DNA from: Lama glama
Lineage: Eukaryota
Assembly (NCBI GenBank): GCA_028534125.1
Contig: CM052817.1
Location: 51,586,001 to 51,650,000 of the forward strand
Direction of reading: 5' to 3'
Length of the DNA: 64,000 nucleotides
Positions 39,075-51,250 of the stretch are shown piece after piece. Numbering within the stretch: the first letter of the stretch is position 1; each line of letters begins with the position of its first letter. The notes below the pieces were generated by a model. The model worked only from the letters and a program-made list of their open reading frames with translations, was not told where the DNA came from and did not search any database. A program made the translations under genes and the position numbers.

Positions 39075-41815
39075 CACATGATATGAGTTGCAAAGTACAA
39101 CAAATGTTTTGGAGGGGATGTCCCAATCTGTCCCAGGCTATTAGAAATATCACTAAGAAATGTGGTTCCTGTATTTTGAAGGGTTTTATTTCTTGGATCT
39201 TGCAAAGGTCTCTGGGGGATGTGATAATTCCATTTAATGGAGTACTTTCAGTTTGGTGTCATTCATGTAGTTGTCCAGCATGATGTCTCATAGGATGTCG
39301 AGATGACCAGGGTTGCTGAGACCAAATTACACTGTAGAGTTGGAAATTAAGGAGAATGCTGAAACAGTAAAGTAAAATTATACAGTTGTCCCTGAGAAGG
39401 GGGCAACAGATATTTTCTGTTGGTCTCTGTTTATCAAGATGTAAAAAAAAAAAAAATTCATTGTCGCTTGCTAGACCATTCATTATTACTGTGATAATTC
39501 TGAGGGTCCTTGTTCATTTTCTTCAGTGGAGAGAACCTATAGGTTGTATTTGCAATCACCACTTGATTAAATGTATTGTTATTTGCCAAGATTAGTTTGT
39601 CTTTTATACAGACTGAACAGGAAATTTAAATCTGCGTGTTTGGAATCCCCACTCTTGACTCTTCCATTTTCTTATCATGTCACTAATTGCTGCATTTCTC
39701 TATGGATCCACTAAAGATGTGTGCTTGCTCTTTTGGTAGGCTGGAGATGCTTTAGTTTGGTCGTTACTACAGTTTTACAGCTTCTTACCACATGGGTTTC
39801 AGAGACAGAGATTTCTTTCAGTTGAAGAGTAAAACTTCCAAATATATACCAATGACCTGGCGAAATAATCAAAGGATTGAATGGAGGCATCACTGCACCA
39901 ATTGTAATATGGGGTCAGGACAAAATCTCAGTCATCACATTACCCCGATAGCCTCCCCTCAGATCAGTGTTTCTTAGTGGTATTCTGGACCCACGGGGAT
40001 TAGTGTTGGCTCAGAGGCAGTTATTTTAATAATCAGAGAGGTCTGTGTTCTATATCCTAGTTTCTAGATCTAAATTTAGATCTAGAAATCTAAATTTTAT
40101 AATCTGGGCAGTGACACTCCCCTCCTGCTTATTTAGAAATGGCCAGAAACATCTCTCAGAATGGCTAAAAGGGAAGATGGATAGAATTGACATATGCTGC
40201 TTTACACGGTCCTTCTTAAGGACAGTCACCTTCCTCTTCATTTAAGGGGCTGGGGTAAGTAAGCTCCCTTAGGTCTGGGAATTGGTAAGCGACCGTGACT
40301 AACTGGGTCACTAAATTTTAATTTGGATTTCTTAGACTTTGCTATCATTGGTGATACAGATCAAAAGGCCCATTACTTCAGTCGCTAAATGCTGTTGTAC
40401 TTGACTTTTTCCAGTCACATTTGCTACCCATTATGAAGTCTGTGCTCACTTTCCTTCTAGTGGTAAAGTGCCACTACTTGGCCTTTGCCTCACCTAAACC
40501 CTAAAGAAATCAAGAAATCATTTCACTGTAGGTCTAATCTCTGTATTCTCAAGTCTGGAGAACAGAAATTATAGAGATTTTGTTTATAAGGATGGCACTG
40601 TCCTCATCAATTTATTTCTCATCATTATTGTAAATAAAGTGTCTTCTGGGTCCTTTGTGAAGATGCAATTATTGCATAGTTTCATAAGTCTTGGCAAATA
40701 AATCCACTTTAACATTCCCATTTCAGTAGGTCCCAGTTTCTTCTTCTACATTAAAACAAGGAATTCCTAATATCTGAACTTTATACTTTGTCCACCTTTT
40801 AGTCCAGATTTTGGTAAATAGGTTGAAGAAGCACTTAGCACTTGTGCTAGCTACTTGGAGAAGCACACTGAATCCAGAATCTCTAATCATGCATTCGTAC
40901 CAGCTTAAATTAAACTGTTTCTCGCTCCTCCATAAGGAACACATAAAACCTATTTTCACACATGCTCCCTGTGCTTCAGTTTAAGTTATAGAATCTTGTG
41001 AGACTCATATTCAGGAAGCTTCTTGTCCCCAGGGTTGACTAGATAATTGGCTCCCAAGAGGATGTTGGGATCTTGAGTTCAGATGAAGTAATAGGTTTGG
41101 GCAGGAAGACAATTACTTCCTTTTCTTAGTTAATGATCTTAGATAAGATGTGGACTTGATATTGAAAACATGAAGGAACAGCTTCCTTAGTCAGCTGTGG
41201 AACAACTTAATGGTAGCAAGAGAGACTCGGTAAGTTTTTGACGTTGAGAGTATTTTGAATCACCTGAATTCTCCCACATATTCGCTTTCCAGTGCTCAGG
41301 ATTTCACTTGTTTTTCAGTCAATGGCCTCATTTTCTCATATGGCAAGGCAATAAAGTCAATCATCTTCACAGTTTAGGAATTCTGTGGGATGAGACTTGC
41401 TTTTTGATGTGCGGTTCTGTTATCCTTTCCACTGTCAGAGGACATGAGATACTTCTGACATGAAGACTCTCTGATTATCTCAATATGACTTGAGCAGAGA
41501 ATTTAAACTTTAAAAAGCTTATTTTATTTCTTTAAATTCTGCTGTGCAGTTAGACACAGCCTGTCCTTTTATATTTCTTGTATTTCTCATGCTTTTATAG
41601 TATCAAAACAGATGGAATTTGGTCACCAAAAATATTACCATCAAGAATCACTTTATTGAGATGACCAGAGGTGATGAGACATAAGCCACTATCTGCCAGG
41701 TGTCATCAGATTAAAACTACATAGGTCCTTGCTGCACTGAAATGCAGGCAGTCAAATGACTGGTCCAAATTCCCATTCCTTCAAAAGACTGTTTCCTGCA
41801 GCACTTCTCTTTTGG
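39075..41815 (-). mobile_element. Decayed class III (ERV-L-like) endogenous retrovirus internal region: gag, protease and N-terminal RT; 3' truncated
   Basis: Manual minus-strand translation across frameshifts gives collinear ERV-L-like motifs. gag: start MGIW (ATG at 41776), NPEHWKANMWENS, RDSGFSVL...KIWTKRW...IPCFNVEE, QFPDL, PLK*RG (stop at 40238-40240). Protease: TASEPTLIPVGP, NPLIISPG. RT: FKFPVQSV*KTN*SWQITI, QGQLYNFTLL, HLDIL*DIMLDNYMND (YIDD equivalent at 39258-39269), EIKPFKIQEP, WDIPSK. Confidence 0.88.
40061..40088. repeat. Perfect 28-bp palindrome
   Basis: tttctagatctaaa|tttagatctagaaa is its own reverse complement. Confidence 0.95.
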
Positions 41816-41825
41816 GAACATTTTT

Positions 41826-42431
41826 TGGTTTTAATGTCTATTCTCTTATTTGCAAACAACATTTACTCTGGCTAGTTTAAACACAAGAGGCTTTTGATAA
41901 AGGATATTAAGTGGCTTATACAATCATTGAGAAGAATCAATTCAAAGATTAGAGGCTATGTTTTCAGGAGAAATGCCCAGTACTGTACCACAGATCTGGC
42001 CTGATGAAGCCAGTTGTCAAGCAATAAATAGCAAGCACTTGACTTTATTGCAATTGCTGCTGCCACTAGTAGCATTGCTACTTCAGAATCTCAAACTCGA
42101 GGCTGCTGAAAACTCTTCAGTATTGCCACCAACAAAATATTCATATTTTGCTGCCATCTTCACCAGCAGAAGGTAAAAAACTGAAAACTTCATGAAGAGC
42201 CTAATTTCTTAAGTTGCCTATTTGAATCAGTATCTTGCCCGGGCAAGTCTGTTTGATGAATCTCAAGCCGTGTATGTCTTTGTTCTAACAGGAAAAGGAT
42301 CTGGATGTTTTTGAGTTCTGATTTCTATGTTGGAGAGCTAAAGTTCATTACTTGGGTTTTATAAATATATAAAGTGGATTTAAACTACGATATCCAGGGA
42401 ATTTGGTCAAACTTGAATGAAAATTTCTACA
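41826..42431 (-). mobile_element. Ancient LTR resembling old MLT1 subfamilies (L/M/N-like); probable 5' LTR of the adjacent ERV-L-like internal region
   Basis: The + strand reads ttatttgcaaacaac...actctggctagtttaa...aaggatattaagtggcttatacaatc, the typical reverse 3' end of old MLT1 LTRs, and ends ...ttctaca (TG start on the - strand). About 600 bp, same orientation as and abutting the gag leader. Confidence 0.6.
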
Positions 42432-43193
42432 TATAATTGTTAAACAAATTATCTTCATTATTTTGAAAAAAAATATGTTTTTTCAAGAAATTAAGATTTG
42501 TCCATTGTATCTTTCTCTCTCCCCCTCCTCCTTCCTTCTTTCCTCCCTGTGTTCTTTCCTTCCTTCATTCTGTATTTTTTTCTATTTCAGGTAATGAGGG
42601 TTGAGTTAATAATATGTCTCAACTCATTGCACATTACATCTTTGAACTAAGCAAGGTCCTCTCCTGGTTTATGTATTTTCTTATGTACTGCGTTTATCCC
42701 AAATCCATTTGCATTTTCCTAAACAGCAGCCTTTTCACAGATTAATTGCTTATTTTTATTCCTAAGTATTCTCATTAAATGTTTATTTAGCATTTTATGC
42801 ATATGCTTTAAGTTTAATGTAATGGTTATATTAAATGTCTCGTTCGGACTCCTAATCTTTTTCACCATAATCAAAATATTTCATAGATCCACTCATGTTG
42901 CTTTTGGCCATCTAGTGTGCTGCTTATAAACATCATACATCTGCTGCACTGTACACAGCAACTCACCCAGTAACAGAGACACAGATCCTCTGCCCAATTT
43001 GTGGGCATCTCTATTCAATTTAAAGCCCTAATATGTTATTTTCACTTAGTATTCACAAATTTTATTTTACAAAAAAAGGAAAAGATAAAAATAATTAAGC
43101 TAGTATATCACATTTTCAGTTCTTTTCCCCTTTCCCTACATGAGGTACCTAATATAGTTTTGTTGTCTTCAAAATAAAATGCACAGAGTAGAA

Positions 43194-43195
<2 letters not shown>

Positions 43196-43240
<45 letters not shown>
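43196..43240. repeat. (TG)22 microsatellite
   Basis: Direct reading. Confidence 0.95.
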
Positions 43241-43242
<2 letters not shown>

Positions 43243-43257
43243 AATCTGTTACACCGA

Positions 43258-43517
43258 GCAGCAAATTAGTGTTAAATTGGTTAAAAATCTCAACTGTGGA
43301 GCCAGACATTCTGGTTTTTATACTGTCTCTGCCACTGACTACCTGTGTGATGTGGGAAAGTTACTCAGATCTCCCAGAACTTCAGTTTTCCACTTGTAAA
43401 ATGGAAAGAATAATAGTATCTATGACATAGGATGTTTGTGAGGATTAAATGAGTTAATATCTATAAAACAATTAAAGTAGTGCCTGGCACAGAAAAGATA
43501 CTAATAAATGTTACTTT
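43258..43517 (+). mobile_element. MIR SINE, near full length
   Basis: tggttaaaa...ggagccagac...tctgccactgactacctgtgtgatgtgggaaagttact...tgtaaaatgg...tgtgaggattaaatgagttaat...gtgcctggcacag. Confidence 0.88.
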
Positions 43518-44507
43518 AGTAGTATTTAGGGAACTTTTCAATAATATTCTATGTAGTGTGAGTTCATAGAAGATACTATGAGATAAATAGGCTTTAGACT
43601 TTATGAGTATTATATAAACAAACTCATTGGTGAAGTAAAATGGAAAAGAAGAAAAATATTCCAAAGTAAAAGATAGTGTATAGAATCAGTGATGCTACAG
43701 GTAACAAAAGCAACTACTTCACTCTTGAGGAAGTAAATCACAAAAGTCCATTTTCCAATGGTGTCTCTATTTTGATAATTTCTTAAGACACTAAGCTTTA
43801 TATTAGCATTGGAGTTTTTCAATTTATAAAAATATCCGGAGCAATATCATAAAGAAATGACAAGTGAAAAACAGCATCAAAGTAAGGGCAAAAAAGGGGG
43901 GAAACACTTGTATATAAAAAAATAGTCAAGTAATTTTCACTTTCATCAAGATATATTTGGAAAAGATACAGATTTTGTTAACTCTATTATTTCTGTTTGT
44001 GGATGAATATTGTCAATTATTAATTAATCAGTTGTCAAAATTTCCAAGGGAAAGTACCTAGAGACAACTATTTTGTTTAATGACATATCATGAATAGCTC
44101 TACATTGGCCTTACACTCATGCTTCTGTGACCAGATTAGTGTTCTATTTACGGCTCCCTACAAAAATCTTTTAGTTTTGCCAACTGAAGCTGCCCATCCA
44201 CATTGAAGCTTGGCTTAAGTGAGGCGCAAGTTCTCTGCTTTTCCTATGCCTGTTTACTGTTTTCTAAACAGTCATTAGTTCCAAGATGAGACTCTAATGA
44301 ATGTGTCCATAGTTCATCTCTGGTTTATCTAATAAGGATTAGCAGAGAGGGTGGAATATTTTTAGAAACCATCAACGTCCTTGTTTGGTTCCCTGACTAG
44401 AATCTTTCTAGAGACTTCTCTGGTTTCTAAAGAGACATTTCTGGGACTTCTGTTCCTTCCCTTTCTCCCTTCTACCTATTGTGGTACCAGTGACAGAGGT
44501 GATGATG

Positions 44508-44750
44508 GTAGCATGTTTCAGCACTTACTATGCACACATTGCTACATGAAGAACTTGATTTGGATTTTCTTATTTGATCCTGGCAATATCTTCATGACAT
44601 AATATTATCATTATTCCCATTTTTAGGGTGAAGAAGCTGAAGTTTAAAGATGTGAAGTGATTTGCCCATGGTCACAAATCTAGTAAGTGAGGGAATAGGA
44701 ATCTGAACCAAGAAATTCTTACCCTAGAGCTATTATGCTCTGAATCACTA
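44508..44750 (-). mobile_element. MIR SINE
   Basis: agcacttactatg...attattcccattttt...gtgaagtgatttgcccatggtcacaaatctagtaagtg...atctgaacc. Confidence 0.82.
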
Positions 44751-45329
44751 GTGAATATTGCTGTATTTCTTACGTTGCTGTAGGTAGCTCAGTCTTCCCA
44801 TCCACTTAAATTGCTGCTTCCTTGAGAAAGCACACAACCTGGAGCACAGGCACTATGTCTGTTTGCTTTCTTACCTGTTTTTTCTGAAATTTCTCCCTGG
44901 GGATCACAATAATGCCTAGAATCTATGCTTCTTAAAATATTTCATAAAAGAATGAGTTCTATGGTTTCTCTATTTTTCAAATTAGTGTTATAACTTCAAT
45001 TGCTGGTGTGATGTGCAATGTGTTTTAAAGTTTTTTGAAATTCTTCAAATAGTTACATGCCAAAGATGTGGTTTTTTGTTTGTGCTTGGTGCCCCCTCTC
45101 TTTTAAACTAAGGATCTGGACACAGAGCCCTAACTGTAATTCCTAGGTTTAGACTTTCCAGAACCCTTAAATAACACATTATTATTTAATGCTGCTGCCT
45201 ACTAGCCTGCCTACTTTCTTAATCTGTCTTTCTTTAGACACTTTAATGTTGACAGAAGGATTCACTGAGAACTGCACTCGCTCCACAGAAGAATTTTGTA
45301 TAATGAATACTGTGCTATTTGAGAGCAAT

Positions 45330-45500
45330 GCATGGTATTTTCAATCTATAGTGTGTTTATGAATTACTTCCTCGTGGACTGCACATTCTGAATTTATGAT
45401 CCCAAGGGAGGGCCCAAGAATCTGCATATTTTAACATACACAAACACAGGCAGTAATTCTGCTGCAGGGTGTGTTTGACCCACATTTTTGAGAAAAATTA
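45330..45500. mobile_element. MER5-like hAT-Charlie MITE
   Basis: gggcccaagaatctgcatattttaaca...aattctgctgcagg...cacatttttgagaaa. Confidence 0.6.
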
Positions 45501-46486
45501 CACTTGCAGGAGGTTATGATACTTGTTTCTTGTCCCTCATCTCTAGGAAAATGGTGACAACCCTTAATCAGGTTTACCTGATGTTGCTTTTCTCAAAAGC
45601 TCTTTACAATATACCTGCTGACATCCTGTTTTTACACCAGCAATGATTCTGTTAATACTGTTTTCTTTCTCTCCACTGTGGGTACTCGATTCTGCCTACT
45701 GCTCACCTGGAAGCTAGTTTTAAACTCAGCTTTTTTGTGTAATTCTGGTTTCAAACTCATTCCCTGTTTAACAGAAACATGGTCAGAAATCCATTTCCAA
45801 TATGAACCATCAAACATTCTGGTGGTTCAGTTCAGAATCAGAGCATCTCAGCATTTTGAACTATTCAATCATTTGTCCCTTTGGCATGTATGCTTTGAAC
45901 TTGTTTGTATAAAGATGCATATTGTAAACTGATATGCATAGAACATCAATTTGTTTGAAACCTCACTCTGAAGTGCTGTTGCTCTTTATTACTAGTCCTT
46001 GAGAACAAGCTTCTGTAAGGATTCCCGATGACCTGGCATCATGTAAATCTTCCTGGTGTGCTCTTTAGATGTAACATAATAGTGAAACCACAGATGCAAA
46101 ATCATATTTAAATCAAGCTTACCCATGAGTCCACTATTAGGTTCTAAACCAAGTTTACTTAGACTACTGCAACTTTTTTTGCACAGTGTTTTGAAAGGAC
46201 TTCTTCATGTGATTTTCCTGAAATTGACTGCCATTCATTCAAACACCAAGTATTTACTGAGCACCTCCTGCATTCATTATACGTAACTGAGCTTCTGAGA
46301 GATTCAAAAGTGATTGAAGGCATACTCCATCCTACTGCAGCTGTAGAAGATTTTATTTTCCTACTAAAAAATTAAAGAATAGAAGAATAAAGCCTAATAA
46401 AGTAAAACAGAAAAGAATTAGTGACAGTTTGGGTATTAAACTCAGCAGCAATAGCTGCTTTGAAAGATGATCTGGATTAACTTCTT

Positions 46487-46636
46487 TTTAAAAAATTATT
46501 TATTTTTATTTTATTTAAATTTTGTTGTGTGTTGGGGAGTAATTAGGTTTATCTGTTTTATTTTTTAATGGAGGTACTGGATTGAACCCAGGATCTCACG
46601 CATGCATCTCTACCACTGAGCTATCCCCTCCCAACT
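46487..46636 (-). mobile_element. tRNA-Ala-derived SINE (Vic-1 type)
   Basis: ggggagtaattaggttt...atggaggtactggattgaacccagg...ctaccactgagctatcccctccc is the reverse complement of the other copies. TSD tggatt(a/g)actt(c/g)tt at 46473-46486 and 46637-46650. Confidence 0.88.
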
Positions 46637-47701
46637 TGGATTGACTTGTTAACTTCACATTATTTTTCTCTGTTTTGCTTCCTTTATCACATGTACATGT
46701 CTGTAGAGGCATTCATCCAGATCCACTTAGTCAGAATATACAGTTGCATTTATTAAAAATAGATGATTAACCATTTTGTAACTGCCCTCACATGTATTTA
46801 AATAGTCATGCTTTTGTCTGGTGAGCATCAATACCAGCATAATCAATCTTTGCTGATAATGACCTATTATAGAATGACATATTAACACAAAATAAAGTGA
46901 GAAAAAATATCCTACTACTGTTTGACTATTGGGAGCATTTTAATTTATTCTGTTATACCTAATTTTGTTAATATTTGACAATCCATTTAATACATTATTG
47001 GAATACCATCAGAGCAAATTGCGTATTTTGTGGCTTGGTGCAAAGACACCAGTATCTCCTTTGTCAAAACAAGCATTTAACTTGAGGAGTTTCTTTGAAG
47101 ATGTGAAATGTTTTCCACTAAACAAAATATACTTTAAGTGCTGGCTTTTTGATCTCACTTTTTACAAATTTTCTTCCATTAGTAAGAAAAGAGAGGCTAG
47201 TTTATTGAATCTTCAAGTCTAGAAGGCCTTGGATATGACCTGTATTGCAAACCAGTGCTTGAACTACAACTCAAACAATGATTCTTCTTAGACTTGTGGT
47301 CTGAACGAAATATAAATACAGTATTATTACAAACAGTGAAGTTTCTCTGCTTTGGTATATCCATTTATTTAAAGTATGTGAATTTAGATGGTGTCTGTCT
47401 ATTTTTGAAACAATTTTTATTTTTTTCTAATGAAACAGTAAAAGCCATTTGAAGGTGAAAACTTCCAGTCTTCTATAAATTATTAACCTTTCAGATAATG
47501 ATTTCTGTCATTAACAGTCTACTCATATTCATAAGGCTTCATTTGTTGTTACTTAAACTTAATTAACCCTTGATATGCTATAGAGATAGAAGGAAGTAAT
47601 TCTATTTCAGGAAAAAACTTTGTTTCTAAAGAGTAAATTAGTAGTGTTTTTAAGTTATTATTGGTAGTGATGGGCATGGTAGTAGTAGTTAGTGGTTAAG
47701 G

Positions 47702-48366
47702 AAGTAGTTTCTTCCTTATCTGCAGGGGATACATCCCAAGACCCCCAATGGATGCCTGAAACCTTGGATAGTATGGAACCCTACATGTATATACGATGTT
47801 TTTTTTTCCTATACTTACATACCTCTAATAAATTTTAATTTATAAATTAAGCATGGTAAAAGATTAACAATAGTAACTAGTAATAAAATAGAACAATTAT
47901 AAGAATACACTGTAATGAAAGTTATGTGAATGTGGTCTCTCTCTTTCTCTCTCTCATAATATCTTACCATACCATACTCACCCTTCTTCTTGTGACGATG
48001 ATGATGTGAGATGGAAAATGCCTACTTTATGAGCTAAAATGAATGACCTTGGAATTGTGACATAGTGTTAGGCTACTGTTGACCTTCTGATGATTGGTCA
48101 GAAGAAGGATCATCTGCTGCTGGTGATCCTGGATCACTGAGCCATGACGATGTGGATTTTGCAGTGTAAGGAGCAGAGGATGTCGATGGTTGGGAATTCC
48201 AGGCAGGATGGAACTTGTTGGTGCAAGATTTTTATCACACTACTCAGGACAGCAGGCAATTTTAAGCTTATGAATTGTTTATTTTTGGAATTTTCCATTA
48301 ATATTTTTGAACCACAGTTGACTGGGGGTACCTGAAACTGTGGAAATGAAGCTTTAGATAAGGCTG
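47702..48366 (-). mobile_element. MER44-like (Tigger7-derived, TcMar) non-autonomous DNA transposon
   Basis: Left end agtagtttcttccttatctgcaggggatacatcccaagacccccaatggatgcctgaaacc. Right end ttatgaattgtttatttttggaattttccatt...ctgaaactgtggaaa...gataagg. Degenerate TIRs share the ccttatc/gataagg core. Confidence 0.82.
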
Positions 48367-49559
48367 TTTTTGTTTTGGTCCAGTTTAGACAATTAAAATT
48401 TATGTGTAAGGATCAAAGGATTCAAGGAATAAAGGAATAATTCTAAACATTGTCCAATATGGTACCAATATTCGTACTCTCAGAGGGGGTTAAGCATTCA
48501 GGTGTTCATGGGATTTACATCTATTTTTCTATGGATTAGGACTGGAAACATAGTGGCTTGCCTCCTAAAACTGTGAAATCACACTCTTATGTAATTGGTA
48601 GGGGATCTGAATGTCACGTAGCTTGACTTTTTCCCTCTATTTTCTTAAACCCACTACTGTTATTTCTAGCCTTACCATTACTTTATCTTTACAGAAAAAA
48701 AATATAACACTGCCTGTCACTGTGAGGCATTTAGTAGAGATAGTATTCACAAACTTGGTTATTACAAGTCAGCAGAGAAAATACATATTGTACAATTGTG
48801 TTTAGAACATCCCTCACAGGCTTCTGTTACTTTCACGTGAGATGAGGTTCTTGGGCTCAAAATTGTTTGAACTTTTAAAAGGATCCTGTCTTGAAAAACA
48901 ACTATTATTTTGTTAGAAAGTCACATGGATGGTGCAGCTAGATTCTAGTTTAACAGCAATCCACCCTCTCTTAATTTTTTAATTTGTTTTTGTCTTAGTA
49001 ATATGTATAGTAATCTCATATTTAATCAGAATTCATTTTAAATTCTGATTTTAATATTTCTTAAACTAATTTTAAAGATGCTGACAATAATGACAATGAT
49101 AATTATAGCAAATATCACCATGTTCCATGTTGTTCTAGTTTTGTATGATATGTTAACTAAGTTTCTTAGTAAAATATCTAAAATATTTTTGGTGAAATTG
49201 GAAATAGAGACAGAGTTTGAATTTTGTCCCTGAATCTGGTCCTCTTTACCAAATAGCTATTAAATAGCCTTTAAGGTCCTCACTTTCATCCAACCCTGGC
49301 CTTTTGTTCTGAGAAACTCAGGGTGTCTCAGATTTCATCTAATCTAGCCATGACTTTGGTGTTTTAGTTCTCCTATTCATGAGTTATTTTTTTACATAAT
49401 ATTTTCTAAAATATAAACAACCAAAGGTATCATCCATTGTCTTATTTACTCCTCACACCAACTCATTGAAGTATGTTAAGTTGTATCCCTATTTTACACA
49501 GTATTACTTATTTGAATAGTCTACTGATTTAAATTCATAATTGTTTGACTCTGCAACAG

Positions 49560-49960
49560 CCAAACTGCTGCACATAACACACATTTAACTTGAATGTGCT
49601 TTTCGCAATGCAGGGAACATATTTTATCACTGCAAGTTACAAGTTTCAGGAATAGTTTGATCATGGATCTGGCTTTATTTCTCTGAGATTTTCAGAGCTG
49701 GACCCTCCGTTGGGTCTGCTTTGACACAAGATGGAATTCTCCCATGTTAGCAAAATAGCTACAGCAATTCCAGACCTTATATATGGATAGCTCATCATAT
49801 CAGAAGGAAAGAAAACTTCTCTTCCTCCGTTTATTAATTGAAAGTCCTAGGCCTCAAGCACAAGGGCCACATTGAGAGAAGGCACACTGCTGAGCCCATC
49901 ACTGTGATGAGGGGTTGGAAATAGACCAGCTGGCTCATTCTCCCTGGGCTTTCCCAGGGA
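49560..49960 (-). mobile_element. Degenerate MaLR LTR (MLT1K-like)
   Basis: tttcaggaatagtttgatc...agcaaaatagctacagcaattccagacct...aaagaaaacttctcttcc. Confidence 0.45.
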
Positions 49961-50339
49961 CTTCCCCATGGTCCTCTGCAAGGACTCACAAGCAGAGTCA
50001 GTCCCATCAAAACTCAGCAGCTGTGGCACAATAGAGGGTGGATAGATGATTGAAGAGTAGGACTCAGCTTATTTTGTTGCCCTTGTGCACTGTTCTTTTT
50101 TCTGATTCATAAATGTTTTGTGAAAGGTTGTTACTATTTCAAGCACCTGCATGAGTAAACCTTTTTGCTGTTGGAACCCTCAACCCTCCTTTAAAAAAAA
50201 TCTTTGGCTATGGTTGCCATTTATTTTGTAAATTTTTGTATTCTTCCCATCAGTTTGTACATTTTTATTCCTCGGAGTTCTGCCCAAGAGCCTTTTCTCT
50301 TCTCACTTAAAAAAAATAAAGTTATGACATTTTATTACA

Positions 50340-51250
50340 CAAGCATGCTTGGCTATGTGCTATGTAACAAACCACCCCCAAAACTCAGTATTCTAAACAA
50401 TAGCCATTTATTTTTGCTCAATTGTCTCTATCTACTAAGCATTTCATCTTGCCCCAGCTTGCTTTACTCATCCATAGTCAGCTGGAGATTGCATAAGTGA
50501 CTGTATTAGTTTCCTATGCCTGTTGTAGCAAATAAAGCAAAGTTAGTGGCTTAAACAACATGGATTTTTTATTATTTAATACAGTTATCTCTGATAATTA
50601 TCATTCATATCAGAGTCCAACAAGGGTCTTATTAGGCTAAAATCAAGATGTCTGCAAGGCTATATTGTCTTTAGGGGGCTCTAGGAAAGAACTAATCTCC
50701 TTGCCTTCCCAGCTTTTAGAGGATGCCTGCATTCTTCTGCTTGTGAGCCCCTCCCTCCAACTTCAAACCCAGCAATGGTAGTTCAGGTCCCTCTTGCACT
50801 ACCTTACCCTGACTTCCTCTTCTGCATCCCTCCTCACGTATATATACCCTTCTGATTATATTGGACACTCCCAGATAACCCAGGGTAATCTCCTTATCTG
50901 CTGATGAGCAACCTTAATTCCCTTTGCAACTTTAATTTCCTTTGCCTTGTAATGTGACATATTCAGAGGTTCTGGGGATTAGGACATGGCTGTCTTTGGA
51001 GGACCATTATTCTGCATACCACAGTGACTCTGTTGATCTCTCTCATACATCTGAAGATCAGCAGACTGGCTTATTTTGAAAGGCCTTGGTTGGGATAACT
51101 GGGCTTTTCTCCATGTGATTTTTCAAGCTGCAGCTTATCTCTTTGTTGAAGTTAGGTTTCCAAGAAAAATTACACATCATCACATTCATTGATTTCTACA
51201 GGCTGAAACAAGGCAAAAGATCAGCCCAGTCAAAAAGACTCTGTAATCAC
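50340..51250 (-). mobile_element. Older MaLR LTR (MLT1F/G/H-like) split by the MLT1C-like insertion
   Basis: tatgtaacaaaccacccccaaaactcagt...aaacaatagccatttattt on the left. Continues as ccttggttgggataactgg...ctccatgtg...tcagcccag on the right. Confidence 0.6.
50502..51023 (-). mobile_element. Complete solo MaLR LTR (MLT1C-like)
   Basis: tgtattagtttcct...gtggcttaaacaaca...ggctaaaatcaag...ggttctggggattaggacatgg...attctgcataccaca, with TG...CA ends and a perfect 5-bp TSD GTGAC (50497-50501, 51024-51028). Confidence 0.9.

Noticed and set aside
39075..41815. Domesticated (functional) Gag/Pol gene
   Set aside because: Numerous stops and frameshifts, and degenerate catalytic motifs (YMND for YIDD, no intact DTG).
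43258..44750. Inverted MIR pair as a dsRNA stem
   Set aside because: The copies are too diverged from each other for long stable pairing, and no exon lies between them.
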